A DNA stretch of 64,000 nt, taken from the NCBI GenBank assembly GCA_913060865.1, contig CAJXTU010000006.1:19009-83008 (forward strand), read 5' to 3'. The notes beneath the pieces are model-generated. The model saw only the letters and a list, made by a program, of their open reading frames with translations. It did not search any database and was not told the origin of the DNA. A program made the position numbers and the translations under genes. Shown here piece after piece: positions 60,459 to 64,000 of this stretch; the first letter of the stretch is position 1, and every line of letters begins with the position of its first letter. Origin of the DNA: an uncultured Cycloclasticus sp. GTDB taxonomy: Bacteria; Pseudomonadota; Gammaproteobacteria; Methylococcales; Cycloclasticaceae.

Positions 60459-61076
60459 GTGATGATGGACGATATTAAGAAAAAAGAAAGACTCACCATT
60501 GAGCATTACGATGCAAATGCTCATTCATTTTGGGCTGGCACTAAAGATCACGATGTTTCACAAAATACCCAGGCCTTTCTTGATGCTCTCCCCCAACAAC
60601 CTAGCTTAGATATTCTTGACTTAGGCTGCGGCCCAGGCCGCGACCTGTATCATTTTAAATCGTTGGGTCACCGCCCTGTTGGGCTAGATGGTTCAGCAGC
60701 TTTTTGTAAAATGGCTTCAGATTACAGTCACTGCCCTACGCTGAACCAAACATTTGTCGACATGCGCTTACCAGACAATCAGTTTGATGGCGTTTTTGCT
60801 AATGCCTCCTTATTTCACGTACCCCGTAGTGAATATATCAATGTACTCCTCAAACTACACGCCTGCCTGCGCACCAATGGCATCCTTTTTACCTCAAACC
60901 CTCGTGGTAATGGCGATGGCTGGCAAGGGCAGCGTTATGGTAATTATTTAGAGTTAGAGCCCACTAAAAATTGTTTAGAGCTTGCAGGGTTTGAATTACT
61001 GCAACATTATTATCGCCCCAGCGACAAACCGATTGAGCAACAACCGTGGCTTGCGACCATTAGTCGCCGAATATAA
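60459..61076 (+). CDS. Class I SAM-dependent methyltransferase
   Basis: LDLGCGPGRD, GLDGS, FANASLFH. Confidence 0.88.
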   Translation: MMMDDIKKKERLTIEHYDANAHSFWAGTKDHDVSQNTQAFLDALPQQPSLDILDLGCGPGRDLYHFKSLGHRPVGLDGSAAFCKMASDYSHCPTLNQTFVDMRLPDNQFDGVFANASLFHVPRSEYINVLLKLHACLRTNGILFTSNPRGNGDGWQGQRYGNYLELEPTKNCLELAGFELLQHYYRPSDKPIEQQPWLATISRRI

Positions 61077-61111
61077 AACCAACAATACAACAAATACCAG
61101 CTCTTGTTATA

Positions 61112-61942
61112 TTAAGAAATAGAAGCCTTGTCTTTTTGCGACGATGTCGCATATAGTTTTTTATTGAAGGGCTGCTTCAAGATGCCCAATAAGCTACCCC
61201 TCGCTAGCTGATCAAATTCGTCACCCAAACCTAAACGAATATTTTGAGGGTCTTCCCTCAAGCGAAAACTAGCAAACAAGCGATCCCAAACTGATAGCAA
61301 ACTCGAGTAATTTGAATCTGTTTCCTCTTTAATATCAGAATGGTGCACCCAATGCATCCGCGGCGTCACAATAAAAACCCTCAGGCACTTATCCAACATA
61401 GCTGGTATCGCAATATTACTGTGATGAAATAAAATAATGGGTAATACGATAAGCTCATACACAACGAGCTGGCTTACGCTAAAACCAAGCAGCGGCAACA
61501 CTAATAAGCGAATACTGGCAGAGTAGATTATTTCAACCGTATGAAAACGAACCGCCGTGCTGGCATCCATCGCTGCATCAGAATGATGAACCGCATGAAA
61601 GCGCCAAAAAAAGCCCACTTTATGATTCAGTCGATGCCAGCAATATTGCCAACAATCGAACATCAACAAACCTATTAACAACTCAACGTAAGGATTTAGC
61701 GCCCATATGTTAAGCAAGCCAAATTGTTCCTTAGCCGCCCACTCCGTGACGCTCACGATTAAGCCTGCGAAAATAAAACCCACTAACATTGCATTTAAAA
61801 CACCCAGCGTAATATTCGACGCATCATGCTTTACACGCCCCTTCTTGAAATGGAACATGGGGTAGATAGCTTCAAGTGCCCACAATATAGCTAGCACAGC
61901 ACCCACTAAAAGTGACTTGTACATTGGATTGATATCAAACAT
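61112..61942 (-). CDS. Sterol desaturase/fatty acid hydroxylase family membrane enzyme
   Basis: His boxes WHRLNH, HAVHH, FHHSN, HWVHH; NYSS..S.WDRLF. Confidence 0.9.
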   Translation of the reverse strand: MFDINPMYKSLLVGAVLAILWALEAIYPMFHFKKGRVKHDASNITLGVLNAMLVGFIFAGLIVSVTEWAAKEQFGLLNIWALNPYVELLIGLLMFDCWQYCWHRLNHKVGFFWRFHAVHHSDAAMDASTAVRFHTVEIIYSASIRLLVLPLLGFSVSQLVVYELIVLPIILFHHSNIAIPAMLDKCLRVFIVTPRMHWVHHSDIKEETDSNYSSLLSVWDRLFASFRLREDPQNIRLGLGDEFDQLARGSLLGILKQPFNKKLYATSSQKDKASIS

Positions 61943-62144
61943 AGCGTGATGATAACTTAATTAATTGGAGCTAAATGACCTTATCATTTAACCATCATCT
62001 TGATACGTATTTCGTGCTCAATACCTACCATCAAACACAAAAAATGTCCCTCTTGTTTTTACAAAACCGTGGGCGTAAGATGAAAAAACCAACGGATTCT
62101 TGGTCATTTATAATTATTTACTTGTGCGCGAAGGAGTCGTCACC

Positions 62145-62555
62145 ATGAATATTTTTTTATCTCGTTTATCACCTAACACAACCTTGAGTGAACTTGAAAA
62201 GACAGCCCACTCATTACTCTCCAAAAAGATTCACATTCCCTTTACCGAACCAGCTACATTACGTAATTGTAAAATTATGAAAATTAAGGATGCTCACGGC
62301 GGTGTCGAATTTCACGGTCTATTAAATATAAAACCGGCCAGTGCAGGGAAGTGGTTCATTAAATCTTGCCGCTCTAAAAAAATTCATAACAAACCTTTAC
62401 TGCCTCACCAATACATCACCCGCAACTCTGCTTGGCAACCTAACTATCACAGCGAAGCCGACCATCGGCGCCCCTCTCTAACAATACGTTATATAACAAA
62501 AAACTCCCCTCCCCTTATTACAGAAGGGCTAGATAGTTTCAGAAGAGAGTATTAA
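62145..62555 (+). CDS. Hypothetical basic protein, possibly RRM-like fold
   Basis: AAGGAG RBS, MNIFLSRL...T.SEL start; Lys/Arg/His-rich. Confidence 0.65.
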   Translation: MNIFLSRLSPNTTLSELEKTAHSLLSKKIHIPFTEPATLRNCKIMKIKDAHGGVEFHGLLNIKPASAGKWFIKSCRSKKIHNKPLLPHQYITRNSAWQPNYHSEADHRRPSLTIRYITKNSPPLITEGLDSFRREY

Positions 62556-62772
62556 ACACTGGCTACAAAACCTTAACCAACATTTGTAATGTTTTATTCA
62601 TTGCTTCAGGTCGTGAATAAAGCGGCCTCGAGACTCTTTTTTCTCTTTAATTATTTAACCTTGAAAGTAGCTTTGAAATGAATACTTATAAAACTTTAGA
62701 TATCAATTTTTTGATGGTAGCAGTATGAATGACCGCTAAGATGCCAACCACCCAAACTCCAAGTCAAACAAA

Positions 62773-63672
62773 TTAAAGGCCAAATACTAAAGAAAGGTTA
62801 TATTTAAAATCATTGTTACGGGAGTCCCCTGAAGCATTTGAATCAAACTCATTCAGCAAACCCAATTTAAGGTCTATACCATTTAAGTCGTCTAGCCCAA
62901 TTATCCAACTTAATTCAGAAGTATTACGAAATTCGCCAACGTCTCTAAAGCTTGGGTATAAAGTATTTTTAAAAACCAACATATTTCTTTCTGCAATTTT
63001 CCAATCACTCTCAATGCCGATTACCCCTTCTGGAACCCATTCTGCATCTTCGCCACCAAATTCTTTACTAAACCCTAAGCCCAACCGCCCCAACACTCGC
63101 CAATTGTCTTTCTTAACAAGCTGTTCACCCAAACCACCGCCGAGACTTATTCGGTAATCCCAGTCTTCAAACTCGTCCCAATCATAGCGTCCTTCGGTAA
63201 AGTAAAAGCGTGAATCACCGGGCGTTAAGTAATCCCTTGAAAACTTTGCAAAAAAGTCACTTCTAGATGTTTCGCCAGAGTCCTCTGTACTGTTATAAGC
63301 CGCTTCTATATTCCAACGTTTATAGTCATTTTCATACTTTAACTGTGTGCCCGTATGAACATGCATATTGCGCGTATTGCCTTCACTGCCATTCACGCCT
63401 ACTTCAACAAGCCTTTTCCAACTTTGCAGCCAACCTGTGTTGAATACACCTGCATCCATAAGTTTTGGCTCTTCTAACTTCATCGGTTTTATAGCCGCAC
63501 CCACTAATACAATTGTTCCTAATACTGAGTGCTTAAGAGTGATCTCTCCACCTTCATTGTGGAGAACTTCCCCGTTTAATACATCGCCGTTGCTCAACAC
63601 CACTTCTGCGGCATGGGTCAGTGTGCCACTTAAGACCAGTAAGAAAGCACAACAGTTAAGAACTAGTTTCAT
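62773..63672 (-). CDS. DUF481-like outer-membrane beta-barrel protein
   Basis: Signal peptide, VVLSNGDVLNG domain, GSEGNT, amphipathic strands, terminal YNLSLVFGL. Confidence 0.8.
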   Translation of the reverse strand: MKLVLNCCAFLLVLSGTLTHAAEVVLSNGDVLNGEVLHNEGGEITLKHSVLGTIVLVGAAIKPMKLEEPKLMDAGVFNTGWLQSWKRLVEVGVNGSEGNTRNMHVHTGTQLKYENDYKRWNIEAAYNSTEDSGETSRSDFFAKFSRDYLTPGDSRFYFTEGRYDWDEFEDWDYRISLGGGLGEQLVKKDNWRVLGRLGLGFSKEFGGEDAEWVPEGVIGIESDWKIAERNMLVFKNTLYPSFRDVGEFRNTSELSWIIGLDDLNGIDLKLGLLNEFDSNASGDSRNNDFKYNLSLVFGL

Positions 63673-63726
63673 ATTTTCGATCTTTTAAATTTAATGGTTG
63701 TTAGCACGAACCAAATGCTCTATTTA

Positions 63727-64000
63727 TTAATTTACTTTTGGTTCGCTTATTTTGTCTTTTATATAATCGCAATACTCACCCATATCATCACAATATTCAG
63801 CCGTCACTTCATTCGCCACATCTTTAGATGCATCGGTAATTTCGCTTGTGTATTGTTCAATCGTTCCACCAGGATTTTCCTCTTTCCATTCGTCGTATTC
63901 TTTCTTTTCAAACCACCCTATGGCGACCAAGCCAACCACTGGAATAGCGGCCAAAAGCCTCTTCCCTCGCTCTTTGACTTTCGTTTTAACCAATTGTTTT
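63727..64000 (-). CDS. Hypothetical protein, 3' part (open to the window edge)
   Basis: Frame stays open to base 63999; KRLLAAIPVVG...EYDEWKEENP. Confidence 0.6.
   Translation of the reverse strand, partial: KQLVKTKVKERGKRLLAAIPVVGLVAIGWFEKKEYDEWKEENPGGTIEQYTSEITDASKDVANEVTAEYCDDMGEYCDYIKDKISEPKVN

Overview
Core-genome segment of an AT-rich gammaproteobacterium. The gene set and synteny suggest a marine Thiotrichales/Methylococcales-like organism such as Cycloclasticus (inference only). Housekeeping blocks are rnd, an mltD-like gene, ssb-MFS/uvrA, proS-tpm, ilvIHC-pssA-(UDG-like)-rimI-prfC, cytochrome c/c4-resB-resC-dsbA, engB, polA, thrB and uvrD. They alternate with accessory patches: an ABC-2 exporter operon ending in a decayed AarF/ABC1 kinase; a porin-TupA oxyanion uptake unit; and a ~9 kb patch between the split parts of a TRAP transporter (ovoA, ABM protein, truncated globin, nitrobindin-like protein, frameshifted K+ channel, esterase/BVMO). 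I recognised no tRNA, rRNA, CRISPR array, transposase or integrase. The strongest signals the ORF track does not explain are: (1) a ~115 nt candidate sRNA between polA and engB, with a sigmaE/AlgU-type promoter, an anti-Shine-Dalgarno loop and a terminator; (2) a complete sigma54 architecture (-24/-12, IHF site, tandem activator palindromes) driving an OprO/P porin plus TupA without tupBC, next to a sensor-less enhancer-binding protein; (3) a catalytically degenerate family-4 UDG-like protein with a HolD(psi)-like N-terminal peptide at the holD position upstream of rimI-prfC. All motifs were read by eye; no searches or folding programs were run.
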